64,000 nt of DNA, taken from the IMG/VR virus record IMGVR_UViG_3300024999_000040, positions 1-64,000 of that record. One strand, written 5' to 3'. Positions within the stretch are counted from its first letter, which is position 1. Each line of letters starts with the position of its first letter. This document shows positions 40,505-51,014 of the stretch, piece after piece. The translations under genes and the position numbers were made by a program. The notes under the pieces are model-generated. The model was given only the letters and a program-made list of their open reading frames with translations, made no database searches and had not been told where the DNA came from. Source of the stretch: a virus.

Positions 40505-40846
40505 ATGGAGGATTATAATATGATTAAGATTATAAGCAGAGAAGATTCAATAGATGATAAAATTATTAAAGATGATAAAATAGTTGTTAGGATCAATACA
40601 GAATTAAAAGAAAAATTCATAAAATTACTTGATACCAAAGGTACTAATGCTTCAGATTATTTAAGACAATATATTGTTGAAACAGTAAACAACATTAACA
40701 AATATAAATTTGAAGATTCAACTAAATCATACATTATGGAAACAACACAGCCAGAGATTGAATTATATAAAAGATTAAGTGAACTTGAAGCCAAAGTAAA
40801 AGCAATGGAAAATATTTTGAAAAATCAAGGAATCGTTAAATATTAG
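40505..40846 (+). CDS. Ribbon-helix-helix-like DNA-binding protein
   Basis: KIVVRINTELKEKF...NASDYLRQYI pattern; TTGACA-18 bp-TATAAT at 40407-40436. Confidence 0.55.
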   Translation: MEDYNMIKIISREDSIDDKIIKDDKIVVRINTELKEKFIKLLDTKGTNASDYLRQYIVETVNNINKYKFEDSTKSYIMETTQPEIELYKRLSELEAKVKAMENILKNQGIVKY

Positions 40847-40970
40847 AAGTAAAGTGAAGATAGTTTGAGCTAATTGATTATAATGCTTTGTTATCACGTT
40901 GTTACAACATTGTTATAACAGTAAATATCCTTTATACTATATTTTGTAAGGTAAATATTGCCTTAACGAA

Positions 40971-41381
40971 ATGTATATGGAGGTTTTTATTATGTGTACA
41001 AAATCAATCAGAAAATCCAAACTCAAAAAATCAAAAGAAACCCAACTCACTCCCCTATCAGTCTTAGAATTCAAGAAAGACATCAAGCGGTACAAAGGAA
41101 ATCCAGCATCCATAGAATTCATGGGAGAACATATTAATATTGGTTGTAATTTTGACCAATTGAATTTACTTTCAAGTGATGATATGGGATTGCTTGTATT
41201 TTTAAACTGGGACATTTCTAGACCTGAGATATCCATAAGAGAAGAAAACATTAGTAAGGTATTCTATTCAACACATTACTACCAGATTGAGTTAAAAAAC
41301 CATGACTTAATACATATTAGTTTTACAGAAAACGAGTATCTTGAGATCGGTACTTCTGGTAAGGTGGTGTTGAATATGTAA
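40971..41381 (+). CDS. Hypothetical protein
   Basis: ORF with GGAGG RBS before ATG 40992. Confidence 0.5.
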   Translation: MYMEVFIMCTKSIRKSKLKKSKETQLTPLSVLEFKKDIKRYKGNPASIEFMGEHINIGCNFDQLNLLSSDDMGLLVFLNWDISRPEISIREENISKVFYSTHYYQIELKNHDLIHISFTENEYLEIGTSGKVVLNM

Positions 41382-41582
41382 ATGGAGTTACTGTTCACAC
41401 CCCCTTAAGCAGTTTAAAATAAATTGTGTCGCAATAATCAACTCGTAACCCAAAACATAGAATCATCAGTAGCAAAAAGACTTTGAAACCATTGAAATTT
41501 CAAGGTTTTTTTGCATTTTTTATTGACATAAATATGGTTATGTGATATACTTAACACATAACCATATTTATCTGAGGAGGTC

Positions 41583-41897
41583 TTGATTATGGCTGTTATA
41601 TACCAATACGACAAGCGCTCCGGTATCACTTACGCATACGAGTCTTATTCCTATTGGGACAAAGAAAAGAAAATGACTCGGGCGAAGCGCAAACTGATCG
41701 GGAGGCTTAACAAAGAAACCGGCGAGATTGTGCCGACGGACGGTAGGAATAGAGACGGGAAGCTCAAGGAAACCGTTGATAAGGAGCCAGACTACAAATC
41801 ACTGTATGAGAAACTGTTGAAAAAATACGCAGCGCAGGAAACTTTGGTGACGGCGCTGAAAGAAGAACTCAAAAAACTAAAGAAGAAGGGTGAGTAA
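41583..41897 (+). CDS. IS accessory protein
   Basis: GITYAYES.SYWDKEKK...KRKLIG motif; lies inside the IS ends. Confidence 0.6.
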   Translation: MIMAVIYQYDKRSGITYAYESYSYWDKEKKMTRAKRKLIGRLNKETGEIVPTDGRNRDGKLKETVDKEPDYKSLYEKLLKKYAAQETLVTALKEELKKLKKKGE

Positions 41898-41900
41898 TGT

Positions 41901-43571
41901 ATGTTGTTCGGAAGATTTGAATTCATCACAGATTTGCAATATAAGGTAAAGCATCTTCAACATGAAGTAGATGCTTTTAAGTCTGGCGAAAAATATGTAA
42001 AGATGAATTCAAGCTTCCAAGCAATGCTCGATGAAAGAAACCGCGAGGTAAAAAAGCTGCGGAACGAACTTGCCGACTCCCGCAGCGAGATGGTGACCGT
42101 CCGCAACAACTGGATGCAGGTATTTGAGGACTTACAGGAGGAACACGCTAAGGCAATCCACAATAAGGAGCGCATCAATAAAGCTCTTGAAGAACGGGCT
42201 CTCAAAGCCGAGAGGCGTGTCGACGAGCTTAAGGATGAAAACTTAGCGTTGAAACGGGAACATTATGCAATTCAAACCGAGTTGGAAGAAGAACGCGCCA
42301 AAAACCAAAAGCTACTATCGCAGATAAAGAAAACCCACGAAAACTCTTCGATCCCATCGTCTATGAAACCAAACCACAAACCAATCACCAACAACCGCGA
42401 AAAGTCAGGCAAAGCGCCTGGTGGGCAATTGGGTCATGAGGGACACGGTCGCAAGAAACAAAAAGCGACCGAAGTGATAGAAATCCCGCCACCGAGGGAA
42501 TACGCGGACAATCCGGATTACGAAGCGACCGGCAGAATAATCAAGAGGCAGCGGGTAGGTGTAAAGGTACTGCCGTACACTGAGGAATATGTCACCCTGG
42601 AATTCAGGAACATAAAGACGGGAAAGCTTGTATATGCTGATTTCCAAGCAGGCGTGGAGAATGATGTAAACTACGATGGGAGCGTCAAGGCGTTTGCGTT
42701 TTTGTTAAACAACCATTGTAATGTCTCAATGGACAAAACGTGCGAGTTCCTATCAGAAGTGACAGATGGGGCATTACAGATCTCAAAAGGCATGGTTTGT
42801 GGCTTAAGCCGTGAGTTCTCGGAGAAATCTAAGGCAGAGCAAGCAGAGGCGTTTTCAAACCTCGTAGTCGCCCCGGTGTTACATATAGATTTCACAACCG
42901 CCAAAGTGAACGGAAAGAATGTCAACGTTGCCGTCTGCGCCACGCCGCAAAATGCAGCATATTTTGCGCGGAAACACAAAGGCCATGAAGGTATTAAGGA
43001 CACACCGGCCGAGCTAAACCCAAACACCCTTGTGCACGATCATGACAAGACTTTCTACAGTTATGGACGCTTGCACCAAGAATGTTTAATACATATACTG
43101 CGATATCTTTTGGACAGCATACAAAACGAGAAGAACCTAACATGGAGCACATTGATGCGGGAACTTCTGAGGGAGATGATACACTACCGCAACAGTTTAG
43201 ATCTTGAAGAGGATTTAGATCCTGTCAAAGTCGCAGGATTCGAGGAAAGGTTTGGGCAAATCCTTGATATTGCAGACGCGGAGTACGATTACGAACCGCC
43301 CAGCAAATATTACAAAGATGGGTTCAATCTAAAAGAGAGGTTACGGGAATTTAGGGAAGCACATCTTCTGTTCTTACATGACAAAAATGTTCCAACATCA
43401 AACAATATTGCGGAGCGCCTGCTCAGAATATTCAAGCGAAAACAAAGACAAGTCATGTCTTTCAGAAGCTTTAGCACCCTTGATTACCTATGCCAGAGTT
43501 TTACCATGTTAGCGCAGTTGTGCTCTCGCAAGGTTAATGTTTATAGAAGTGTCGCCGACATTTTCGGTTGA
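41901..43571 (+). CDS. IS66 DDE transposase
   Basis: Coiled coil, NSSIPSS, GGQLGHEGH, LVHD, HQECLIH, TSNNIAERLLR motifs. Confidence 0.9.
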   Translation: MLFGRFEFITDLQYKVKHLQHEVDAFKSGEKYVKMNSSFQAMLDERNREVKKLRNELADSRSEMVTVRNNWMQVFEDLQEEHAKAIHNKERINKALEERALKAERRVDELKDENLALKREHYAIQTELEEERAKNQKLLSQIKKTHENSSIPSSMKPNHKPITNNREKSGKAPGGQLGHEGHGRKKQKATEVIEIPPPREYADNPDYEATGRIIKRQRVGVKVLPYTEEYVTLEFRNIKTGKLVYADFQAGVENDVNYDGSVKAFAFLLNNHCNVSMDKTCEFLSEVTDGALQISKGMVCGLSREFSEKSKAEQAEAFSNLVVAPVLHIDFTTAKVNGKNVNVAVCATPQNAAYFARKHKGHEGIKDTPAELNPNTLVHDHDKTFYSYGRLHQECLIHILRYLLDSIQNEKNLTWSTLMRELLREMIHYRNSLDLEEDLDPVKVAGFEERFGQILDIADAEYDYEPPSKYYKDGFNLKERLREFREAHLLFLHDKNVPTSNNIAERLLRIFKRKQRQVMSFRSFSTLDYLCQSFTMLAQLCSRKVNVYRSVADIFG

Positions 43572-43769
43572 TTTTACGGAGCAAATTTTCGCCGACATGT
43601 GGGAGTTCCATGTCGGCTTTATATTTGTTGGGGCGGTTCCTCCCCTGTGAACAGTAACTAAATGGATTATTAGGCAATTAAAGGGAAAGTAAAAAATTTG
43701 CAATTAAATCTTATTTATGGTATAATCATTATAAAAATAGCATATACTTACTAATTGAGGTGATGATAT

Positions 43770-43961
43770 ATGCACTATAGGAGGAAAAATAGAGATATGA
43801 ATGCTATAGTAGAAAGACCTTTTACAATATTAGAGTCTATTGAAGAAAGTTTTAAACAGATTAAAGAATTTAAAGAAGGCAAAAGGCAATTAAAAACTGT
43901 TGATGAATCTTTTACAGAATGGGAAAAGTGGGCAAAGGAAGTTGAAGATGAATCAAAATGA
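43770..43961 (+). CDS. Putative antitoxin (likely start ATG 43797)
   Basis: Small acidic protein (ESIEESFKQIKEFKEGK) overlapping a RelE-type toxin. Confidence 0.55.
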   Translation: MHYRRKNRDMNAIVERPFTILESIEESFKQIKEFKEGKRQLKTVDESFTEWEKWAKEVEDESK

Positions 43962-44328
43962 AGAATTGATTTATTATTCACTTCATCATACGGATACATT
44001 TAATGATGAAGTGAAATATTATATTAAGAGCAAAAAGTTCACAAAATTTCCTAAAGATATTGAGAATATTAAAGATGATTTGAAAAAAGGTATATTTAAT
44101 GGTACGATAATTGGAAATTTAGATTTAGATGAAAATAGAGTTGCTTACAAGATAAGAGCAAAAAATTCAAATACTGGAGTTGGAAAATCAAATGGTTATC
44201 GCCTTATATATTTAGTTGAAGATAATAATAAAATTATTTTTTTAGTAACTATATATTATAAGAAAGATGATAATAAAATTCCAAATGATTCAGAAATAAA
44301 ACAATTAATTAAAAAATATTGTATATAA
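43948..44328 (+). CDS. RelE/HigB-family toxin
   Basis: YKIR..NS..G.GKSNGYRLIY...LVTIYYK motif. Confidence 0.75.
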   Translation: MNQNEELIYYSLHHTDTFNDEVKYYIKSKKFTKFPKDIENIKDDLKKGIFNGTIIGNLDLDENRVAYKIRAKNSNTGVGKSNGYRLIYLVEDNNKIIFLVTIYYKKDDNKIPNDSEIKQLIKKYCI

Positions 44329-44428
44329 GACCGCACCTAACTAGTGGGGTCTTTTTGCTGTGTGGAAATTTCTCAGTAAATTAAGTAAATATAATAATAC
44401 AATTTTATTAGGAAAAGAGGTAGCAATA

Positions 44429-45928
44429 GTCAACCACCCACGACCCTAAAGGGTCGGGGCTTGCAAAAGTCTGATTGACTAGACTAAGCGAAAAGCTACG
44501 TTGTTTAGGTCATGATACCCAAGAATATTTATCCTAGTTCTTGGCTCTATCGTATAGTATTAAAAGTTCTAAGAGGTAGGAACGGTGTACTATATACAAC
44601 AAGCCTTTACAACATTGTCTAAGGATATTAACTCTAATATACGGAGGTTTTAAAAACAAAATGGTATATGTATTAAATATTCAAGGCAATCCAATTATGC
44701 CTTGTAAAGAAGCAAAAGCAAGAAAGTTACTTAGAGACAATCTTGCAAGAGTAATTAAGAAAGAACCTTTCACTATTCAATTGATTTTTGAATGTGAAAA
44801 TCAAGTGCAAGATATTACTCTTGGAATTGATGCAGGAAGTAAGATAATAGGTATATCTGCTACTACTGATAAACAAGAATTATATTCATCAGAGGTTGAA
44901 TTGAGGAATGATATTGTAGATTTACTGGCTACTCGTAGACAAAATAGACGCACAAGAAGAAACAGACTTAGATATAGAAAAGCTAGGTTTCTCAATCGTG
45001 TAGGTAGTAAAAACAAAGGATGGCTTGCACCTAGTATTGAAAACAAAATACAAACACATTTGAGTATTGTTGAGAAACTTTATAAGATACTGCCTATATC
45101 TAAAATTATAGTTGAAGTAGCATCATTTGATATTCAAAAGATTAAGAATCCTGATATACAGGGTGAAGAATATCAGCAAGGTGAAATGATGGGATGGAAT
45201 GCAAGAGAATATGTATTATTCAGGGATGGACACCAATGTCAAGGTAAAAAAGGTTGTAAGAATAAAATATTACGAACACATCATATAGAATCAAGGAAGA
45301 CAGGGGGAGATACACCGAATAATCTAATAACTTTATGTAAAGAATGTCATGATGATTATCATTTAGGTAAATTAAAACTTAATCTAAAACGTGGCAAATC
45401 ATTTAGAGATGCGGCTTTTATGGGTATTATGAGATGGGCATTTTATAATAAACTTAAAGAAATATATCCCAATGTAAGTTTGACATATGGGTATATAACT
45501 AAGAACACAAGAATTGAAAATAAACTACCAAAAGAACATAGGATTGATGCATTGTGCATTAGTGGTAATCCATTAGTTAAAAGATTGGATAGCTATTATT
45601 ATATTAAGCAAGTAAGAAAACACAATAGACAAATACACAAAGCAAATATCTTAAAAGGTGGAATCAAAAAACTAAATCAAGCACCATATGAGGTAAAAGG
45701 ATTTAGATTATTTGATAAGGTCAAATACAAAGGACAGGAGTGTTTTATATTTGGAAGAAGAAGTAGTGGATATTTTGATTTGAGAAAACTTGATAGAACA
45801 AGTATTCATAAATCTGCAAGTTATAAGGATTTAGAATTAGTAAGTAAAAGAAATAGTTTATTAATTGAGAGGAGAAAGGCGATTCCTCCACTCCCCTAAA
45901 GGGAAGTGGTTTCCTCGCCAAAATTTTA
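44429..45928 (+). mobile_element. IscB element 2 (omega/HEARO RNA plus iscB)
   Basis: Left end GTCAACCACCCACGACCCTAAAGGGTCGGGGC; right end CCACTCCCCTAAAGGGAAGTGG; CTACGTT and AACATTGTC omega-RNA motifs. Confidence 0.85.
44661..45899 (+). CDS. iscB: RNA-guided endonuclease IscB
   Basis: PIMP, LGIDAG, RRQNRRTRRNR, HHI...NLITLCKECH, HRIDA motifs. Confidence 0.9.
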   Translation: MVYVLNIQGNPIMPCKEAKARKLLRDNLARVIKKEPFTIQLIFECENQVQDITLGIDAGSKIIGISATTDKQELYSSEVELRNDIVDLLATRRQNRRTRRNRLRYRKARFLNRVGSKNKGWLAPSIENKIQTHLSIVEKLYKILPISKIIVEVASFDIQKIKNPDIQGEEYQQGEMMGWNAREYVLFRDGHQCQGKKGCKNKILRTHHIESRKTGGDTPNNLITLCKECHDDYHLGKLKLNLKRGKSFRDAAFMGIMRWAFYNKLKEIYPNVSLTYGYITKNTRIENKLPKEHRIDALCISGNPLVKRLDSYYYIKQVRKHNRQIHKANILKGGIKKLNQAPYEVKGFRLFDKVKYKGQECFIFGRRSSGYFDLRKLDRTSIHKSASYKDLELVSKRNSLLIERRKAIPPLP

Positions 45929-46315
45929 ATGAAAATAAGTGAATTATCTTTATTTGTCAATAATAAATTGGTAAATAATCAATTATTAAATGGTGATATA
46001 ACAAAGTATATTAATATAGGATGGAACACTATTAAAATTCAAACTAAGGATTTGTGTCAAATTTGTAGTTCATATCAAGTAAGTATTAAAATAGAGAATA
46101 AAAATCAATCTTGGGGTTGTTCTGAAACTGAAAATTCAGATAAAAATCATCTTATTAAATTATTACTTTTTGTTCCTAATGAAACAGAAAATATAAATAA
46201 AGTATTATTGAAAACATCAATTGTGAAAGACAAAAATATATTATTTGAAGAATTTAGTAAAGATTTATTCACAAGTCATACTAATCCATGTTTAACAACT
46301 TGTTCAACAAGATAA
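45929..46315 (+). CDS. Protein resembling a circularly permuted C-terminal domain of tail protein 36283..39153
   Basis: QSWG...H..K....VP.ET....KVLL and I..GW..I blocks are shared but in reversed order. Confidence 0.5.
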   Translation: MKISELSLFVNNKLVNNQLLNGDITKYINIGWNTIKIQTKDLCQICSSYQVSIKIENKNQSWGCSETENSDKNHLIKLLLFVPNETENINKVLLKTSIVKDKNILFEEFSKDLFTSHTNPCLTTCSTR

Positions 46316-46468
46316 TAACCCCATAAAAGTGACATTTTATTGGATAAAAATTGAAATTTAAGAAGATGAACCTTGCAAATTTAAGTGAATTTTAATGATA
46401 TTTATTAATTTACTTAATATTTTGCAAGGTTTTTATTATAGAAAATCATAAAAAGGAGGCATAAAAAT

Positions 46469-49400
46469 ATGATAATTGACTTTAAATCCCCTATCGTAAT
46501 TAGATTCAATACAGATTCAAATGGAAATGCTATTACTGAACCGATTATAAATGAATCAAAGCAAGTCATTAACCAAATGGTCGTTTTGGATCAAATTCCA
46601 AATAAACTGAACAGAATTTTGATTACTGGATATACTGAAATAGAACAACATGAAACTCTTACATTAGCTACGCAATTCCGCTGTAACTACCAAAATGGAA
46701 TCTTAACGTTCCATTCTTCAAAAGAAGGAAACACTATAAATATTGATAGTTATGCCGGAAGAGGGATAATTTATACTCCATCCACTCGTATTTATACAAA
46801 TTTGGATGGAATTGGTAATGTAAATCAAACATTATATGATCTCATAGCAATAACTTATAAAACACCTGTTTCTACCTTCACAGCACTCTCAACCATCTAT
46901 CCAACTCCAGAAAAAAATTGGACTGCACAATGCGAAGATACAGGAAAATTTTATAAATGGAGTGGTAGTGCATGGGAATATATTTCAATATTAAACAGTA
47001 GTCAAATTACGCAATTAAATAATGATATAGACAATTTAGCAGGTACAGGAAGAACAACAGAAACGGTAAAAGGAAATTCAGACAACATTAACGAAATCAA
47101 CAACAAACTTGATTCTGGCACAATCAACTCCCCTACCTTTATTTATGGTATGAATGGTGTGATAACTCATACAGGTGAAGTAATAGCATTCCCCGGAATA
47201 AGCTTCACTGGAATGACTATTGTCAATCTGCTAGGTAAAGATGGGGATTGTGAAGATGTAAGTAAGTGGTCGGGTTCTTCTGCTACATTATCTTTAGATT
47301 CAACAAATAAGATATTTGGAAGTAATGGTATTAAGATAACCTTAACATCGACAGCAGGTTCTGCATATAAAACATTGTCAACACTTAATGTAGATGTAAG
47401 TAAATATTATATGATGTCTGCATATTTAAAAAATGGGAATGCAACTAATGTGCGTCTATATAAAAGTGCAACAGGTGGAGGTGTATCGAAATCGGGGCCT
47501 TTTATTACAGATACTACTGCATTTACAAGAACCGTAATGAAATTACAACCATCTGATTTAAATGTTGCAAATACTATAACTTTATATGTAACTGGAGCAA
47601 GTACTCAATATGCTTATGCTGATGGAGTAATGTTTAACGAAATCTCCGCAGCAGACTATGCATTAACCGAATCTGAACTCCTAGCAAAATACCCATATGT
47701 CGAATCCTACGCAGCTTTACAAAATCCGTACTTTGAAAATCGCAGATATAACATGATTAGGAACGGTAACGGTGAGGAAGGTGTTGGGTATTGGATTCTA
47801 CATGATAGTAGTGTCACTCTATCTATAGAAAATGATAGATTTAAGATTGTGACTACTGCTGCGAGTCTAGTAAAACAGAAAATCAAAGTAAAACTAAATA
47901 CAGATTATTATTTTACTGCAAATGTAACTGGTTCAGGTGTTTCTGCTAGAGTATATCATTCCGATGCGACAACTGTTCTTAAAATAGGAGCAGGTTCTTT
48001 TAATAGTGGTGCTAACACAGAAATATGGGCAGCAATAAGAAACGCAGATGCAGAAACTTCATATTTTGATTCCATAATACTCACAGAAGGCACGACAGCC
48101 CCAACAACTTACCTATCCTGTGACTTACAGCGTTTTGTCATAGAAGGTCAATTCACAGATGACGATACTGTGACTGTGAAAGATGGTCAGGTATCAGGGT
48201 TGTTGAATTGGAAACATAGAACGTTGTATGGTAAGGATTATGATTGGATATATGCGGCAGATGGGACTGGATGGAAAAGAATGACTTGTTCATATGGTTT
48301 CCCTATCGGTTTATCTGCTAGTTATGGTGCAGGAAATACACATTTTGTAAAAAATAACGGAGATATTGTACGATTTAAACTTGAAGTTGATGAAAGTAAT
48401 ACATATGCTATGGGTAATGCTGATGCCACAAAAGTACATATTGCCGTAGCAGACACAGACACTGGCTTTGCAGAGTCTATAGCCCCTAATTCTGATGAAG
48501 TTAAAGCATTTATGAATGGGTGGAAGGCTACAGCCAATGATGGTACACGTTATACAGCATGGGTAAGTGTAGTAGATGGTGTAACTGTACCTACAGCACA
48601 AACTATTGACTTTGTTAAAGCTAATATAGCAAGCGGTTATGAAGGCTACAGGCTACATTACAAATTGGCAAATCCTGAACCGATAACCGATGTAAATGTA
48701 CATGTTCATGGCAGTATTTGGGGACTTGTGCCTGGAGATAATTATGTGACGGTGGATTCGGGGATGGTGTTGGAGGAAGTTGCGAATCCTATAAATGTAA
48801 CATCAAATTATTTTATAAATGATAATCGTTATGCAGATTTGCTGCAATATAAGGCAGAAACTATATTTCATATAAATAAAAATAGTTTGTTTGATTCGCT
48901 ATGGACATTAGATAGCAATTTAACATATACATATGGAAATTTACGAGCGTATACAGCCGTGGTAAATTTCAATGTAAATGCAGTATATACAGTAAAATAT
49001 CAAATACTAAAAACTCTTCATGTTCAGTCATTTGGTAACCTTGCAATGCAGTATGCACAGGATGTTTTTAGTAGTATTACGGCTATGGGAAAGGCACTGG
49101 AGGAAAAGCAGCAAAAGAATATCAGTCTTGATTCATTAGTGGATTTAAGTATATACGAGGAGTTTAAAAGTCTATACATTGTTGGTAGGTGGTTAAGGGC
49201 AGATTCAACTGCTCCATATATTTGCTACTTGCAATTAAAAATGTCTCCTAAAAAGGCGGTGCCGGTAATTAATCTAAAAGCAAACAGTGGTGTTGCTTTT
49301 AATGGTTCGGGCAGTTATACGACAATCCCATTGTCGAACATTTTAATTAGAACAACAATTATAGATACTAACAATTTACTTATTTATGCAACATATGTAG

Positions 49401-49489
49401 GAACTGATGCTACTATACAATCAAATTTATTGGCATATGGTGGGTGGGTAAATGTTAAAGTCATTGCAGACTGTCGCGGGAGGATTTAA
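46469..49489 (+). CDS. Tail-associated receptor-binding protein with carbohydrate-binding-like domains
   Basis: NLLGKDGDCE and NMIRNGNGE CBM-like starts; N-terminal baseplate anchor; RBS GGAGG. Confidence 0.6.
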   Translation: MIIDFKSPIVIRFNTDSNGNAITEPIINESKQVINQMVVLDQIPNKLNRILITGYTEIEQHETLTLATQFRCNYQNGILTFHSSKEGNTINIDSYAGRGIIYTPSTRIYTNLDGIGNVNQTLYDLIAITYKTPVSTFTALSTIYPTPEKNWTAQCEDTGKFYKWSGSAWEYISILNSSQITQLNNDIDNLAGTGRTTETVKGNSDNINEINNKLDSGTINSPTFIYGMNGVITHTGEVIAFPGISFTGMTIVNLLGKDGDCEDVSKWSGSSATLSLDSTNKIFGSNGIKITLTSTAGSAYKTLSTLNVDVSKYYMMSAYLKNGNATNVRLYKSATGGGVSKSGPFITDTTAFTRTVMKLQPSDLNVANTITLYVTGASTQYAYADGVMFNEISAADYALTESELLAKYPYVESYAALQNPYFENRRYNMIRNGNGEEGVGYWILHDSSVTLSIENDRFKIVTTAASLVKQKIKVKLNTDYYFTANVTGSGVSARVYHSDATTVLKIGAGSFNSGANTEIWAAIRNADAETSYFDSIILTEGTTAPTTYLSCDLQRFVIEGQFTDDDTVTVKDGQVSGLLNWKHRTLYGKDYDWIYAADGTGWKRMTCSYGFPIGLSASYGAGNTHFVKNNGDIVRFKLEVDESNTYAMGNADATKVHIAVADTDTGFAESIAPNSDEVKAFMNGWKATANDGTRYTAWVSVVDGVTVPTAQTIDFVKANIASGYEGYRLHYKLANPEPITDVNVHVHGSIWGLVPGDNYVTVDSGMVLEEVANPINVTSNYFINDNRYADLLQYKAETIFHINKNSLFDSLWTLDSNLTYTYGNLRAYTAVVNFNVNAVYTVKYQILKTLHVQSFGNLAMQYAQDVFSSITAMGKALEEKQQKNISLDSLVDLSIYEEFKSLYIVGRWLRADSTAPYICYLQLKMSPKKAVPVINLKANSGVAFNGSGSYTTIPLSNILIRTTIIDTNNLLIYATYVGTDATIQSNLLAYGGWVNVKVIADCRGRI

Positions 49490-49492
49490 ATT

Positions 49493-50104
49493 ATGAGAAA
49501 TCAATGTAGAATAGATGAAAATAATATTCTTTATTTCCAACCATATGAAGGAGAAGAAATTGTTCTTTGCAATATTAATGAGGTAAATATTCAAGACAAT
49601 ATGTTAATGGTAGATGGTGGATGTTATCCACTAGCAGAAAACTTTGGAAACGAAGTTGAGATACTAAATAAATGGAAAGAAATATATCCAAATGGTAAAC
49701 CAGAAACTATTAACATCGAATCCATTCGTCAATCAGTCATTTCAGCAATGGCTACTCAATGTGAATACAAAATAGTCAATGAGTTTTATTCTGATTGTTT
49801 AGGTGAATCTCTTCATTTTGGTTGTAAAAAAGATGAAGACCAGCAATGGATAATGGGTAAGTTTTTTAAAGCTCAATTAATCAAACAATCAAATCCTGAA
49901 CTCGCAGATGTGGCATTAGAAGCATTAGCATGGAAAAATCAAGTTGCTTTACAGTGTTTTGCATTTAGTCCTAATCAGATGATTGCTCTTGGAGAAGACA
50001 TGGAAACTCATTTAGCAGAAAAGAAAAATAGGTTTTATGAACTGAGGATTTGGGCTTTGGATGAGGTAAGAACGGTTGAGGAATTGGAGAATTGGGTATG
50101 GTAA
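49493..50104 (+). CDS. Tail-fibre assembly/chaperone-like protein (DUF4376-like)
   Basis: C...I...F.S..LG...HF...EDQ...WK pattern following the fibre gene. Confidence 0.5.
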   Translation: MRNQCRIDENNILYFQPYEGEEIVLCNINEVNIQDNMLMVDGGCYPLAENFGNEVEILNKWKEIYPNGKPETINIESIRQSVISAMATQCEYKIVNEFYSDCLGESLHFGCKKDEDQQWIMGKFFKAQLIKQSNPELADVALEALAWKNQVALQCFAFSPNQMIALGEDMETHLAEKKNRFYELRIWALDEVRTVEELENWVW

Positions 50105-50523
50105 GCGTATTGAGGGCTATATTTAAACATTTAGTCCTCTTTCTTATTTTAGGATTAATATATTATGGTATTGAGGTATGGTTTAGAGGTTATTCTTATT
50201 GGCAAATGGTAGTTGTAGCAATGATTATTACATTTCTCATTGATAGCTTAAATGAATATGTGCCTTGGTCTATGCCTCTTTATCAACAAGTTGGACTAGC
50301 AACTATTTTTTCAATTAGTATTGAGTTCTTCAGTGGATTATTATTTCGTAGTTTAGGTTGGATACTTTGGGATTATTCTAATATGGCATTTAATATATTG
50401 GGAGTAATTCAATTGTATTTTTGTTTAGCATGGATTCCACTTTCGGCGTTGGCAATTTTCTTATCAGATTTATTAAGGTACTTGTTGATGGATGAAGATT
50501 TTCCACACTATAAAATATTCTAA
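50092..50523 (+). CDS. Membrane protein of the putative ABC-permease (CmpB-like) family
   Basis: IEVWFRGYS, IEFFSG, LWDYSNMAFNILGVI motifs. Confidence 0.65.
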   Translation: MGMVSVLRAIFKHLVLFLILGLIYYGIEVWFRGYSYWQMVVVAMIITFLIDSLNEYVPWSMPLYQQVGLATIFSISIEFFSGLLFRSLGWILWDYSNMAFNILGVIQLYFCLAWIPLSALAIFLSDLLRYLLMDEDFPHYKIF

Positions 50524-50730
50524 CAACACATTAAAACATAGATTTTATTGGGAAATGGAAACTCAATAAATCAGTACTTTTATTGGGATGTTTTAAAGAC
50601 AAAGGGATGTAACTAATAGGGATGAAAACCACATCCCTATTAGTTTTATCGTTGCTGAAGCAACGAATATAATTATAACTAAATATTGATTAATTTTAAC
50701 TAAAGTGATATAATAATATAAGAAAGAGAG

Positions 50731-50982
50731 ATGATGATTATGACAACTATTTATTCAACAAAGGATTTCTATTTAGCATCTTTATTGCTAAGTTCTGATT
50801 TTAAATTTGTTGATTCTGAAAAGAAACAAGAAGGAGTTTATTTTAATTTTATAAACTCAAACGATGAATTATTGAAAAAATTGCTTAATGATTTTATTAA
50901 TTATCAGGCAATGGTTAACATGAGAAAATTCACTTCTGCTCTCACTAGATTGAGAAAGGAACTAGATAAATATAAACACTAA
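50731..50982 (+). CDS. DUF5659-like small protein
   Basis: TKDFYLASLL...VYFNF motif. Confidence 0.5.
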   Translation: MMIMTTIYSTKDFYLASLLLSSDFKFVDSEKKQEGVYFNFINSNDELLKKLLNDFINYQAMVNMRKFTSALTRLRKELDKYKH

Positions 50983-51014
50983 TGGTTTTTTAGAGATGAT
51001 GGAGATGACGAAAT

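Larger units (their letters stand above)
41387..43658 (+). mobile_element. IS66-family insertion sequence
   Basis: 13-bp perfect terminal inverted repeat GTTACTGTTCACA; 8-bp target duplication TAAATGGA (41379-41386 and 43659-43666); higher GC than flanks. Confidence 0.9.
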
